Sequence record: KJ019146.1
DNA: 64,000 nt
Reading direction: 5' to 3' (one strand)
Both the position numbers and the translations under genes were made by a program. This document shows positions 17,030 to 30,100 of the stretch, piece after piece. The notes beneath the pieces are model-generated. The model worked only from the letters and a program-made list of their open reading frames with translations. It searched no databases and had not been told where the DNA came from. Each line of letters begins with the position of its first letter. Position 1 is the first letter of the stretch.

Positions 17030-17236
17030 ATGAAACGCCCAGCCTTTTATTTGGTTGCGAGTGTTGTTATTGTTCAGATGCTAATGGCGGCGGGGGTATT
17101 ATTTGGTTGTTTCGCACGACCGGATCCCCGTTGTACCGGAGATAAGGCATCTGATTTATTGAATAATATTATTGTACAAACTTTCGCACTCTATGCGGCT
17201 GAGAAAGTTACCCATAAAGATGATAAACAAGTATAG
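17030..17236 (+). CDS. Small membrane protein
   Basis: Hydrophobic N-terminal helix, two Cys. Confidence 0.6.
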   Translation: MKRPAFYLVASVVIVQMLMAAGVLFGCFARPDPRCTGDKASDLLNNIIVQTFALYAAEKVTHKDDKQV

Positions 17237-17275
17237 TGTGGTAGAATAGGGGAGACCACCTCCACCTATTTTTTT

Positions 17276-17764
17276 ATGCCTATCAATAAAGAGTATTATG
17301 ATAAATGGTATGGGATATGGAGTTCCCAATCAGAAGATGTATTGGAAGTTACTGCCTTAGTTAGAGCTATTGAATGTACTAATGGGTGTATTCAGTGGGC
17401 GTTTAGGGATGATGATGACAGGTCACTACCCATTGAGAAGACCAGAGAGGCTATGAAACTCTCCATGGGTGTGATGAAGAATAAAGTTTTACCATTCCCT
17501 GATGGTGGGAAGTTTGTTATCCCAGAGGATGTAGTTCCCCTCATGGATAAGTCCAGAGATATTTACATTAGAGGATTCAAACAAGGTGATGAGGATGCCT
17601 ACCAAGAGTTTATGGCACTATCCAAGTCACACTTTGTTGTAATGGGTAGAGAGAGGATGGATAGAAACTTCCAGAAGGTGAAGGACCATTTCATAGATGT
17701 GTTTAGTGACTACTGGATTGAGATGGGTAGGGGATACGTTTATGCCCTTGGGGAGTTTGTATAA
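17276..17764 (+). CDS. Hypothetical protein (162 aa)
   Basis: Long ORF with normal composition; no family recognised. Confidence 0.75.
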   Translation: MPINKEYYDKWYGIWSSQSEDVLEVTALVRAIECTNGCIQWAFRDDDDRSLPIEKTREAMKLSMGVMKNKVLPFPDGGKFVIPEDVVPLMDKSRDIYIRGFKQGDEDAYQEFMALSKSHFVVMGRERMDRNFQKVKDHFIDVFSDYWIEMGRGYVYALGEFV

Positions 17765-17788
17765 ATATCGGGTATCGCTTCTCCTCCA

Positions 17789-17980
17789 ATGGACGAAAAT
17801 AGTGCATCACGTATTTTAGATTCAGCAGGAAAAGGTGGGCATGTTAATCCTACCGCCCTGGCTGTTACCATCCGTGCCGCAGTGAAGGAATGTCTAGACC
17901 ATAATGGTATGGTTAGTATGTCATCCCTCTACGAACTCAGTTGTCAGTTGGAAAAGAAGGGAAAAGAGTGGTATGATTAG
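17789..17980 (+). CDS. Hypothetical protein
   Basis: ORF preceded by TATAAATA at 17760-17767. Confidence 0.6.
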   Translation: MDENSASRILDSAGKGGHVNPTALAVTIRAAVKECLDHNGMVSMSSLYELSCQLEKKGKEWYD

Positions 17981-18000
17981 TAAACTTATTTGGTGATGTC

Positions 18001-18201
18001 ATGAGTGAAAAACTTTGGGTGAAGATGGCGGAAGTATTCTACAATAAGGATGCTGAGACCGCAGAACGAATGGGAGTTGAGAACTTCTTCAATAAAGCAG
18101 CATCTAAAATGATTGCAGTTGTTGCTGAGAGTGTTGAGGGGGAGGAAAAACTATACCTAGAAGAGCAATCCAAAATAGCAGAGGCTGAGCAACGAGTATG
18201 A
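18001..18201 (+). CDS. Hypothetical protein
   Basis: ORF coupled to the next gene. Confidence 0.6.
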   Translation: MSEKLWVKMAEVFYNKDAETAERMGVENFFNKAASKMIAVVAESVEGEEKLYLEEQSKIAEAEQRV

Positions 18202-18425
18202 ACACTTACTATGTGATAGTATACACACTAGTATTCTTTGTTGGTGTGTGTATTATTGAACCCAACCTACTCAAGTGGATAGAACTCCAGTTTAAGTGGG
18301 CAGGTATAAACGTTAGAAGAGCTATACTTATAGTTCAATTTCATCCACGTAACTTTGTTACCAACTGGATAATTCGTAGGAAGTTTCAGAAGATTATCAG
18401 AGAACATAGTCAACCTAAAGAGTAG
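18198..18425 (+). CDS. Hypothetical membrane protein
   Basis: ATGA overlap; N-terminal TM segment. Confidence 0.6.
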   Translation: MNTYYVIVYTLVFFVGVCIIEPNLLKWIELQFKWAGINVRRAILIVQFHPRNFVTNWIIRRKFQKIIREHSQPKE

Positions 18426-18434
18426 GAGTTAGTT

Positions 18435-18611
18435 GTGATTGAGACTTTGGCATTTGTTTTCCTTTCATGCCAAGATGCACGTCAGGTTGCGGATCGTGCA
18501 ATGAATACTGAGAGTATTACCAAAGAAGTAGCCATAGAAGTTATTATTGAACTTGATATAGCTTCTGGTGGTAAATGTAACTTACCTGGAATAACTGATG
18601 GGAATGTTTGA
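18435..18611 (+). CDS. Small hypothetical protein (58 aa, GTG start, MIETLAFVFLSCQDAR...)
   Basis: AGGAG RBS then GTG; fills the gap. Confidence 0.5.
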   Translation: MIETLAFVFLSCQDARQVADRAMNTESITKEVAIEVIIELDIASGGKCNLPGITDGNV

Positions 18612-18987
18612 TACTATAAGATGCTCCTATGATATTGGAGAACTCACTGATGTAGAATGTCAGTCTAAGAATATAGATGATTGGGGAGGCACTATGTCTT
18701 TCTATTGGGTAGATCCTAATGGGAGGTTGTGGTCTCCCAGTTATGCTGGAACCTATGACTTTGTTCCTGAAGAGGGCCCCTTCCCTGAGCTCGGAAAGGG
18801 GAAGCTTAGTCATGTACAATATTTGGGTACTACACCTAATGGAACTCATGGGAAGTATCAGTTCATACCTATGACACGATGTATAGAAATATATGATACA
18901 AAAACACATGCGGATGGGTATGTAGAGTTTGTGACATGTTACTTGTCATTCTACCAAGGATTACTGAGAGATTACTTTTATAAATAA
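18598..18987 (+). CDS. Hypothetical phage protein (MGMFDTIRC... type)
   Basis: MGMFD N-terminus and YWVDP.GRLW motif recurrent in phage hypotheticals. Confidence 0.7.
   Translation: MGMFDTIRCSYDIGELTDVECQSKNIDDWGGTMSFYWVDPNGRLWSPSYAGTYDFVPEEGPFPELGKGKLSHVQYLGTTPNGTHGKYQFIPMTRCIEIYDTKTHADGYVEFVTCYLSFYQGLLRDYFYK
18979..18986 (+). promoter_or_regulatory. T4-type late promoter
   Basis: TATAAATA 26 nt upstream of ORF 19013. Confidence 0.7.
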
Positions 18988-19012
18988 GTCCATATAGAGT
19001 TGTTTTTAACCA

Positions 19013-20500
19013 ATGGACCTCCAATCATATATCCAACTTAAAGAGGCGTACACCAACGTCCACTCCCCAAAGGTAGAAGTCACTAGAGAAGAAGTTGATT
19101 CTTTCATTGATGCCTTATTGGAAGAAGGATACGATCTAAGTGAGTTTACTTGGGAAGAAGTCCGTGATGCTTACCTAGAAGAGGGTATTGCTAATAATCC
19201 TCGTTATGGAGTTATTGGTCAAGGTGCAAGACTTCTTCAGAAAGGTTTTGGTAACAAACAACAGGGAGATGCTGCTAGGGATTATGAGACATCTGTAAAT
19301 AATATTAATAGTCGTAGAAATCAAAATTCTAGTACATCAACTGCAACTGCTAACGAGATTGCAGCAGAAACCAAAGGTAGGAAAGCTCAGACAGGTGGTG
19401 GATCTAGTTCTAGTGGATCTAGTTCTAGTGGATCTGGTGGATCAAGTCTCTCTGATTCTGTTGCTAGAAAACAGAAAGAGGCTGATGCCAAACGCGCAAG
19501 ACAAAGGGAGACTGGTGGAACTGGAGCCACCGACAATAAGCCCGCTGGTGGTTCTGGCGGTTCTGGTGGTTCTGGTGGCTCCGGTGGCTCCGGTGGTTCT
19601 GGTGGATCCGGTGGCGGCAGTAATAGACCAGTAGCAAAGGCTAAGCCAGTACAGACAGCACAACAGAAGGCAGACTCTTCTACTAACGCACAGTATGACA
19701 AGTTGAGGAAGTCTGATCCAGCTGCCGCTAAGAAGTTTGGTATGGCTGCATCACAGAAGAAGTTTGGTAATCAACTAAAGCCAAAGACTCCAAATCCATT
19801 GATGAGGGGTATGAATACTGCTTCTACTAAGCCAGCAACTACTCCCAAACCAGCAACTACTCCTAAGCCAACAACTCCAGTATCAGACTCATCTCCTGTT
19901 AGGGCAATGAGTAAGACTACCCCCACACCAGCTGCCTCCAAGCCAAAGGCAACACCTATCAAGTCAAGTCGCCTAAACAAGGCACTATCCAGTGTTGGTG
20001 AAGCAGTGGAATTTGATTCCTTTGATATCATCCTAGAATACCTAGTTGATTCTGGTTTCCCACAACAGGAAGCTCTCGTCATCATGGCGGAAATGCCTGA
20101 AGAGAAACGCGAAGAGATTCTCGAAGCTATGAAGCATCGTGACGCCAAGACTGGTGAAGTCACAGACAAGCCTGAAATTGGCAAGACATACTACCCCCAT
20201 GGTGAGCGTCAGAAGTCTTCTGTAGCTCTTCGCAAAGAGAAGGAGAGGGCAGATGCTAAAAAGAAATCAGTGAAGGAGGATAGAGCTTCCCTCGCAGATG
20301 CCTATCGGGCAGTTTATTCTGAGGAAGCTTCCGATACTAAAAAGGATAAGCACCTAGAGCGTGGTGGTCACTCTGCTAAGACTGACTATAGTAAGCCACC
20401 TTCTACTGGTAACACCTTCGGTAAGAAGCCATCTATGAGTGAGGAAGATCGTAGTGAGGCTATGGCTAAGATTGTGGCTAGAATGAAAGGTAAGAAATAA
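19013..20500 (+). CDS. Late low-complexity protein, probably virion-associated
   Basis: Late promoter; acidic helical ends around a disordered GGS/KPATTP core. Confidence 0.7.
   Translation: MDLQSYIQLKEAYTNVHSPKVEVTREEVDSFIDALLEEGYDLSEFTWEEVRDAYLEEGIANNPRYGVIGQGARLLQKGFGNKQQGDAARDYETSVNNINSRRNQNSSTSTATANEIAAETKGRKAQTGGGSSSSGSSSSGSGGSSLSDSVARKQKEADAKRARQRETGGTGATDNKPAGGSGGSGGSGGSGGSGGSGGSGGGSNRPVAKAKPVQTAQQKADSSTNAQYDKLRKSDPAAAKKFGMAASQKKFGNQLKPKTPNPLMRGMNTASTKPATTPKPATTPKPTTPVSDSSPVRAMSKTTPTPAASKPKATPIKSSRLNKALSSVGEAVEFDSFDIILEYLVDSGFPQQEALVIMAEMPEEKREEILEAMKHRDAKTGEVTDKPEIGKTYYPHGERQKSSVALRKEKERADAKKKSVKEDRASLADAYRAVYSEEASDTKKDKHLERGGHSAKTDYSKPPSTGNTFGKKPSMSEEDRSEAMAKIVARMKGKK
19548..19620 (+). 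repeat. Degenerate 9-nt tandem repeat encoding (GGS)n
   Basis: ggtggttctggcggttctggtggttctggtggctccggtggctcc... Confidence 0.9.
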
Positions 20501-20512
20501 TAGTGTTATAAT

Positions 20513-20544
20513 AACCCCATAGGTCCATTCCCATGGGGTTTTTT
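20513..20544 (+). terminator. Intrinsic terminator
   Basis: AACCCCAT/ATGGGGTT stem plus T run. Confidence 0.7.
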
Positions 20545-20578
20545 GTTATGAATACATAAAACTAAATGGACTTACTCC

Positions 20579-20953
20579 ATGAATACATATGGTTCTCCTG
20601 AAGGATATCTCTTTAACCTTCATACCTGCTCAGCATCAGAAGCGAAGCGAATGTGGAAAGAATCTATAAAGAATGATTGGAAACAAAAATGTGCGTATTG
20701 TGGATCGGAACATGAAATTACTTTAGATCATATAGTACCCAAAGCAAAAGGTGGCACTAGTCACACAACCAATATCGTAGCCTGCTGTCGTTCTTGTAAC
20801 GCCAGTAAGGCATATGAGGATTGGATTATCTGGTATATTCAACAGCCATTCTTCACTGAAGAGAGGAGGGAGGCTATTGAAAAGTGGATGGAGAAGGGTC
20901 TCCTCAACAATAACTTAGTTGCATATCCACCCAGAAGAAATGTCGTTTATTGA
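20579..20953 (+). CDS. HNH endonuclease
   Basis: CAYCG...TLDHIVPKAKGG...NIVACCRSCNASK. Confidence 0.92.
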   Translation: MNTYGSPEGYLFNLHTCSASEAKRMWKESIKNDWKQKCAYCGSEHEITLDHIVPKAKGGTSHTTNIVACCRSCNASKAYEDWIIWYIQQPFFTEERREAIEKWMEKGLLNNNLVAYPPRRNVVY

Positions 20954-20959
20954 GTCTTT

Positions 20960-21088
20960 ATGAATTCCTATCACCCGTCTAGGGCAGATCAAGAACTAGA
21001 ACTAGAACAGCAAGAACTAAAAACAATCATAGGAGGATCTATACTATCCTTCTTCACTGTACTTATACCTTTTATTATACTTCTCTAA
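20960..21088 (+). CDS. 42-aa protein with C-terminal TM helix
   Basis: Open frame; hydrophobic tail IIGGSILSFFTVLIPFIILL. Confidence 0.4.
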   Translation: MNSYHPSRADQELELEQQELKTIIGGSILSFFTVLIPFIILL

Positions 21089-21107
21089 AACCTTTCAGTT
21101 CAGGCGA

Positions 21108-21115
21108 TATAAATA
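21108..21115 (+). promoter_or_regulatory. T4-type late promoter for the giant structural gene
   Basis: TATAAATA; flanked by TTCAGGC/GCCTGAA inverted repeat. Confidence 0.75.
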
Positions 21116-21169
21116 AACCTAAGAAGAGTATATGCGTTCTTCGTCGGATAGCCTGAATCGACAAAAGAG

Positions 21170-24100
21170 ATGATCTCAACAGCGACTAAGATTAAATTTA
21201 AAAGGTCTGGTGTAGCCGGACGTAGACCCTCCTTAGCTGATCTTCAGTTAGGTGAATTGGGGATCAATTATAACGATGGTAAACTATTTTTCCGACAGGA
21301 AAATGAAGTAGTTGGCTCTCGTATCATTGAACCTGGACAGGGTGATGTAATCGGTAAGACTATTTTCGTATCCACAAAGGGTAACGATAACAATAGTGGT
21401 CTTAACGAAAGAGATGCCAAGAGAACTGTTAAAGCGGCCGCCGCAGTAGCAGAACCTGGTGACTCCATCAAACTGTATCCAGGTCAGTACATCGAAGATA
21501 ACCCTATCGTATTTAAGGATAGGGTATCTGTAGAGGGTATGGAGCTTCGTAACGTTCTCGTTACTCCAGCCAACCCCAGTAAAGACTTGTATCAAGTTGG
21601 TGAGGCGTTCCACGCTACCAACCATTCCTTTGTGTCCAATAGGGATTCAACAGATGGTGCCTCTATTATCACCTATCGTCCTCTAGAGGGAACTGCGTCT
21701 GACAGGTATTTTGACGCGGCTAGACTCATCAGGGACAATCTTAGCTTCATTGCTAACGAGACAGTAGGTTTCCTAACCAGTGGATATTCAGGCTTTGCCG
21801 CTGGTCAGAGATCACAGGACGCTGCTCGTGCTCTAGAACTAAACAAGAACTTCATAGTAGAAGAAGCATTTCAATATATTAACTCTCCTGATTATACAGG
21901 AGCCACATACTTCAACCCAGACCCAGCACAGTGTAAGAGAGACCTAGGAAATATCATTGATGGTTGGAGATATGATCTCATCTCTGATGGTAACACCAGA
22001 TCTACTGGTCTTGGTCTAACCTACTACGCACCTATTCCCTTTGTGAATAGTGCTAATGTTGCTGACCTTGTATACAACAGAAATAACGGTGATGTTCTAA
22101 TTGAAACCGACGTAGATACACAGGTTTCAGTTGGTGAGAAGATCAAACTACAGGATATCAGACTAGAGTGTGGTTCCTACAACAACGATTTCCTCATCAC
22201 TGGTTTCAAGTATGATAATACCAGTGGTATTGGAACAGTCAATCTACCATTCATTCATAACGTCAAGGTTGGAGACCTTGTTAAGTTTGATGGTTTAGAG
22301 TTTGATTGTCCTGCCTATGGTGCCATTGAATATGGTATCCAAGACTTCAAGTATAATGAAACTACTGGTGGAAGTGTTGTCACACTCACCGAAGATCACG
22401 ATCTAAAGATTGGTGACACCATTGAACTAAGAGACCTTCAGTTCGATTGTCCCGCCTATGGTGGTGACTTCACTAACATCATCAACCTAGAATACAATAA
22501 GACCAGTGGTCAGGGTGTTATCACATATGACAAACCCGCCGATCTCAAGTCTGGTGACGTTGTTATCCTCTATGACCTCACACTAACTTGTGATGCTTAT
22601 GGTAACGCTATCTCAGTTACTGATTTCTCTTATGATAACTTCACTGGTATCACTGAAGTAGAAGTAAATAGACCCCACAACCTCCGTCCCGGAGACCTAA
22701 TCAAACTAGAGAACCTTAAGTTCTCTTGTGATTCCTACCTTAATGAAACATACAAGGTCTCTAACTTTGTATATAATGAGAGCACTGGTGATAGTGTCCT
22801 CACCCTAACTGAACCACATAGTTTAGTTGCTGGTAAGAACGTCAGACTTGCTGACCTAGTTTTCTCCTGTAACTCCTATGTTCCAACCGCTAAAGCAATC
22901 TCTAATTTCCAGTATGATGAAGTAGTTGGTATCTCTACTATTACTCTAGCATCTCCACACAACTTATCAGTTGGTGAGCAATTCAGACTAGAGGACCTAG
23001 TATTCTCCTGTAACTCATACTCCTTCACTGATATTCCTATCATTGATGCACCATATGATAATGTAACTGGTTATGTAACCCTATCGTTCTCTGGTGACCA
23101 CGGACAACAGGTTGGTGAGAGAGTAAGACTCAGAGATATTGAGTACTCCTGCCCTGGTGGTTCAGGTATCACTACAACCTTGTTCCCTGATGGAACCTTT
23201 GGTTATGAGTTTGAAATCCTAAGTGTTCCAAACACTAAGAAGATGATTCTTAATGTTGGCACCTCCACTATTGAACACTCCTATGTGAGTGGTGGTACTG
23301 CTACCGTTGGTATTACAACTACTATCTTCCCTGATGGAACACAAGGTTTCGACTTCAATGTATCCAGTGTTAATAGTTCCACTGTTATCGAAGCAAGTGT
23401 TGGTATTTCTACCATCGCTCACAACTATGTTTCTGGTGGATCATTATTCGTTGGTTTCACTACCACAGTATTCCCCGATGGAACACAAGGTGATACCTTC
23501 AGAGTTAATTCTATTCCTTCTAGCACTCAAATCAGTGTTAATGTTGGTGTATCTTCTATCGCCCATACTTTCGTATCCGGTGGTACAGCAACTGACCTAG
23601 ACTCTTTCATCCCTGTATCTGGTTTCACCTACAATGAAGGTGACGGAACTGGACTAGTATCCCTAGACAAGGCACACAACCTAGTGGTTGGTGACTCTTT
23701 TGTTCTAGAGGATCTTAAGTTCAACTGTAACTCCTACAGAACAGGTGGTACTTCTACTATTGATATCACTAACTTTGAGTATGATAAGGTAACCGGACTA
23801 TCTACAGTCACACTATCTTCTTCACACAACCTACATGTTAATGATACCGTAGCACTATATGATATCAAGTTCTCTTGTCCTGGTGGTTCAGGTATTACAA
23901 CTAATATCTTCCCCGATGGAACCAGAGACAACTTCTATGATGTAGTTGCTGACCTAAACCCCAACCAGATTATTGTTCGTGTTGGTAAGTCTGACATTAC
24001 TCACACATACGCTAGTGGTGGTAGTCTATCCGTTGGTATCACTACTAACATCTTCCCTGATGGAACTAGACCTTCTGGTGACTTCTTCCAGGTTATCTCT

Positions 24101-27100
24101 GTTCCTTCTACCAAGTCTGTTCTAACTCAGGTTGGTCTATCCTCTATCGCCCACTCATACGCAAGTGGTGGTAAGTTCTACACTGGTATCACTACTAATG
24201 TATTCCCACAGGTATTCACTGACCCCAACATCAAGGTAACCAACGCTGTATATGATGAAGTATCTGGTGTTATCACCATTACTACTAACAAGGCACACGG
24301 ACTTACCGCTACCGCACCTGTTCTACTACAGGACCTAAACTTCTCTTGCCTCTCTGGTGGTGTAGGAAACACCCCAGGCAACCTTGTGTTCCCCAGGAAC
24401 CAGGAAGTTTATGATGTTGTATCCGTTCTATCCCCCACCCAATATACGATCAATGTAGGTCCTTCTGACTTCTCTCACGCATATGTTGATGGTGGTACTT
24501 CTACCACACAGAACATCACTAAGGCATCCTACAACAAAGGAACTGGTGATCTAACAGTAACCCTAGACAAGCAACACGGTTATTCAGTTGGTGATCGTGC
24601 TAGTGTGGTTGATCTCCTCTTCTCCTGTCAGTCTGGTGGTCCTAACAACCAACCTGGAACACTTCTATTCCCTCGTCCTACTGATGAGTATGAAGTTCTA
24701 TCCGCAAGTGGTAAGACACTCACAGTTAATGTTGGAGCGTTCCCATCACTAGTTCATACCTATAAGAATGGTGGATCACTAACCTATAGTTCTACTGTGC
24801 TTCCTGTAACTAACGCAGTTTATGATCAATCAACTGGAGTTCTAACACTCACCACATCAATTGCACTAGGGGCACCTGTTGGTTCTACCATTAAGATGCA
24901 GGGTCTAAACTTCTCCTGTGCTTCTGGTGGTCCTGGTAATGACGCTGGTGCTATTGTATTCCCAAGACTAGACACCCCTACCTTCAAGGTGAAGGAAGTC
25001 AAGAGTGGTGTATCCTATGTTATCAATGTAGGAACCTCTACACTCTCACACACATATACATCTGGTGGTTTCTCCTCACTCAAGAAGTTGAAGAACGACC
25101 CCAATATTTTCAAAGTTATCGACACCCCAACACCCAGTAAGGTTATTACTAATGTAGGTGTCTCATCTATCGCTCATGACTATGTGAGTGGTGGTAATAT
25201 GTTTGTGGGTATCACCACTAATGTATTCCCTGATGGAACTCGCCCTGATGGAAGTAGGTTCGAAGTTATCTCCGCCCTATCACCCAACCAGGCATGTTTG
25301 TGGGTATCACCACTAATGTATTCCCTGATGGAACTCGCCCTGATGGAAGTAGGTTCGAAGTTATCTCCGCCCTATCACCCAACCAGGCACTCATCAACAT
25401 CGGTGTTTCTACTATCACCCACAACTACGATAGTGGTGGTAGGATGCAGTATGGCACTACCAATGAGAGACCTGTTCTAGACTTCCTATATGATGGTCAG
25501 ACTGGTATTTCCACTGTAACCATCAGAGGAACCCATGGTTTGTCACAGGGTGACCTAGTGAAACTCAAAGGTCTTGAGTTCTCTTGCACCAACTCACCTG
25601 GTATTACAACTACTATCTTCCCAGATGGAACTGCCGCTGGTCTCAATATCTACAAGGTTACTGAGATTATTAGTAACAGTACCTTCAAGACAAATGTAGG
25701 TAGAGTTGGATTCGATCATACTTACATCCAAGGTGGTTCCGCTTTCGTTGGTATCACTACTAACATCTTCCCCGATGGAACACAAGGTTATAACTACACA
25801 GTTGCCGCCATTCCTAATAAGAATCAGGTAACAGTTGATGTGGGTATCTCCAGTATCCAACATGATTATATTCGTGGTGGATCACTATTCTCTGGTAAGA
25901 CTAACGAGAGAGATATCGCAGACTTCAAGTATGATCACATCTCTGGTGATGCGGTTCTTACCTTCAGAAAGGCACAGAACTTATTCACACAAGATCTAGT
26001 AAAACTTAAGAACCTTCAGTTTGATTGTCCAAACTCTACTGGTATCACTACTACTCTCTTCCCAGACGGAACCAGAAGTAACCTCTTCCTAATCAAGGAG
26101 AGACTAAACCCAACACAGTTCAAACTCAATGTTGGCACTTCACCATTCGGTCATGACTATGTGAGAGGAACAGGTCAGGCATTCGTTGGTATCACTACTA
26201 ACATCTTCCCTGATACCAAGACACAACCAAGTAAGTTATTCAAGGTTGTTGATGTTCCAACTCCTACTACTATCTCTGCCAAGATTGGTGTATCCACTAT
26301 CTCCCACTCATATGTTAAGGGTGGTAAGGTATTCGTTGGTATTAACACTGATATCTTCCCTGGAGATGAGCAAGTATCACCACTAGGTGACACATATACA
26401 GTTCAGAGTATCACTAAAGATGGTGAGTTGGTTATCAATGTTGGACTATCTTCTATCAGTCACTCCTATGGTGGCGGTGGTAAGGTTCTATATGGACAGA
26501 GTTCTGGTAACAACCTACAACATATCACTGGTCCTGGTGTACTAGACGCAACCATCGCCGCTATCGATTTCGAGAAACAGGTAGCAATCAACGCACTAAA
26601 CAACAGACCTTGGGGTTCATTCGTTCCTGAAGAGACTGCTGTTGTGGAGGCGTTCGCCTATGATAACCAGACTGGTTTCGGAACAGTAACCGCTAGGGGA
26701 ATCAACGTCAACACTGGTGACACCATCAGGATGAGTGACATTCAGTTTGTTTGTTCTGAGGAGTACGCAGGTGTAACCACTACCTTCTTCCCTGATAATA
26801 CTAGACCAGAGGGTCAGTACTTTAGAGTAGAAAGAAGAATCAACATCGATGAGTTTGAAGTTAATATTGGTGTTTCTACTATCAAACACGTCTTCACCTA
26901 CAACACAGGTGGTAACGTATATCGTTACAGACAGTCTATTCTAGATGTTAACTATGATAGATCCAGTGGTATCACTAGTATCCGAGCAACCAAGCATGGT
27001 TACAAGGCAAAAGATATTGTGGAACTAGGTGATATCGAGTTTGATTGCCCCGTATTCAAACCTCAATATGATATTGAGAACTTTGTTTATGATAACACAA

Positions 27101-30100
27101 CTGGTCTATCCACAGTTACTACTACTGTAGATAACACCATCAAGGTAGGTGACAATGTAAAACTAGCAGACATCAAACTAGAGTGTCCTCCATATGGTAA
27201 CCAGAGAGTTATTGATAACTTTGTTTATGATAATAAGAGTGGTCTTTCCACCATATCACTAACAGCAGCACACGGACTCAACCTAAGACCTAGACCTTCT
27301 GTTTCTATCTCTACCGCCCTATATGACAACCAGACTGGTATTCTAACCGTCACTACTAACGCTGACATCAACTTCACTGATAGAAGTGGTCAGGGTGTTC
27401 AACTCAGTGGTCTAAGGTTCTCCTGTGACTCCGCTGGTTTCCCTGGAACTCTCACCTACCCTGAAGAGAATCTAGTTTATGACATCCTAGAGATTCAGTC
27501 TCCTAGTAAGTTCAAGATCAATGTTGGTCTTTCCACTATCGCTCACGAGTATGTGGATGGTGGTGCCGCTACTAAGGTTGATAGATTCGATGTGAAACTA
27601 CAGGGTATCAAGTTTGATTGTCCCGCCTATGGAAACACAATCGATGTTACTAACTTCCTATACGATCAGAGAAGTGGTAACTCACTAGTTACCGTAGATA
27701 AGGCACACAAACTATCTGTTGGTGATAACATCAAACTAGCGGATCTCAAGTTCCAATGTGCTCCATATGGTAACGATTACAATGTTCTAAACGCAGATTA
27801 CGACAACACAACTGGTATTATTACAGTAACCACTAACCAAAACATCAACGGTGTTGGTGTTGGTGATACTATTCGCCTCTCCAGACTACAGTTTGATTGT
27901 GTAGGTAGTGGTCCTGAGTATAATATCACTAACGTATTCTTCAATACTGGTAACAGATCAGTTATTCTCACAGTTCCTGAAAGACCAATTGGTCTAAACC
28001 CAGGTGATGACATTAAACTAACCAATATGTCATACCTAGAAGGTGGTAGTGGTAATGTAGTTGCGTATCCAGATGGAAGAGATTCAAGTCTAAACATCTT
28101 CCGTATCAATGATGTTCAACCTAACTCCATTCTCCCTGGATACTTCGATGTAACCACAGCGTTCCCCAATGTTAAGGATCCTTTCGCGATCTTCAACAAT
28201 ACTGGTAGACTAACCACTGGTATTACTACTAACATCTACCCTGAGAATGTAGGTGCTGAAGGTGGTTTCTATGAAGTTATCCGACTAAGACAAGATAACC
28301 AGTTTGAGATTCAGGTAGGAACCTCTACTATCACTCACAACTATGTGAGACAAGGACAGATGTTTACTGGTGTAACCACCAACTTCTTCCCTGGTAACCT
28401 ACAGAACTCACCTAGAGGAAACATCTTTGAGATTGTGGAAGTTCCCACAGCAACACAGGTGAGAATCAATGTAGGTGTATCTTCTATCTCTCATAGTTAT
28501 GATAGTGGTGGTCAGATGTTTGTTGGTATCACTACTAACATTTTCCCTGATGGAACCAGAGGTAACCTGTTCCCAGTTGTTGGTGTAGCAAATACACTCA
28601 CCCTAAGAATCGACGCTGGTGTATCCAGTATTCCTCACAACTATGTTTCTGGTGGAGAACTATTCGTAGGTATTACAACTAATATCTTCCCTGGTAACTC
28701 ACAGAACTCACCAAGAGGTAGTATCTTCAAGGTCCTATCTAAGGATAATGAGTGTGGTTCTGATAGATTCACTATCAATGTTGGTGTATCTTCCATCACT
28801 CACGGTTATGTTGAGGGTGGAACAGTAACCACTGGTGTTACAACTAACAAGTTCCCTGATGGAACACACGGATTCAAGTTCCCTGTTATCGATGTTCTAG
28901 ATGACAACTACTTCACCGTGAATGTTGGTACTTCTACTATCACTCACAACTATATCTCTGGTGGTTTCACTAGAAGACTTGAAGTTCCTATCAATAGTTT
29001 CGTATATGATAGAGTTTCTGGTCTATCCACAGTGGGTATCCAAAGTCACAGAATGAATATCGGTGACCTTGTGAAACTTCGTGATGTGAAGTTCAACTGT
29101 GATCCATATGGTGGAGAAAAGACTATCTCTGGTGTTGTTTATGATAATACCTCTGGTAGAATGACCGTTAACACCACTGGTTCTCATAGTCTAAACATCA
29201 ATGATGTTGTGAAACTCTCCAATATTCAGTTGGATTGTTCCCCATATGGTAACGAGAGAACTATTACCGCCGCCACCTACAACAGAAACAATGGAAACCT
29301 AAGTGTTCAGGTATCTGAACCTCACAACCTCAAGATTAGTGAGAATGTGAAACTTAAAGGTTTAGAGTTCTCCTGTTCCTCAGAACACGCAGGTGTGACA
29401 ACAACAATCTTCCCAGATTCAACCGCACCTTCTCTAAACATCTACGCCATCCAGAGTATAACCAACTCCACAACCTTCATGGTTAATGTTGGAACCTCTA
29501 CTATCAGTCACAACTATGTTTCTGGTGGTTCCGCTTTCGTAGGTATCACAACTAACATCTTCCCAGGTGATAGCCAGAACTCCCCCAGAGGTTCTTTCCT
29601 CAGTGTGGTAGATATCCCAGCATCAGACGCCTTCGTGGTGAATGTAGGGGTTTCTACTATCTCTCACGGGTATGTTAGAGGTGGATTGGTTCAGACAGGT
29701 ATTACAACTGATGTATTCCCTGATGGAACACAGAGTGATTTCTTCAAGATTGAAGATGTCCCTAGTAATAATACAGTTGTAATCAACGCAGGTATCTCTT
29801 CTATCATCCATAGATACAACTCTGGTGGTTTCGCCGCCAAGTATGTTACCTATCAGTCCAATAACTCACAACTACTTGATAGTTCTGTTATTAGAGTGAG
29901 TGGTGATTGTATGGCAGTTGGTGAGAGAGTTGAAGAACTCGCAGGTATTGTTACCTCCATCATCAAGAATGGTCCTTCAATCGCACCTGGTGGTATTCCA
30001 GTAGATGTGGTAAGTGCATCCTACGACCAGTCTGGTGGAGCACTATCAGTCACAGTCAAAGACGCAATTGACCTCACACCAACTAACATAGTTAGAATCG

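Noticed and set aside
19359-20184. Alternative-frame and antisense ORFs such as (PPE)n and (VVLV)n
   Set aside because: They are by-products of the GGS repeat.
25390-25480. C-terminal tail of ORF 21170-25480 as a real protein end
   Set aside because: It is out-of-frame text caused by the 95-nt duplication.
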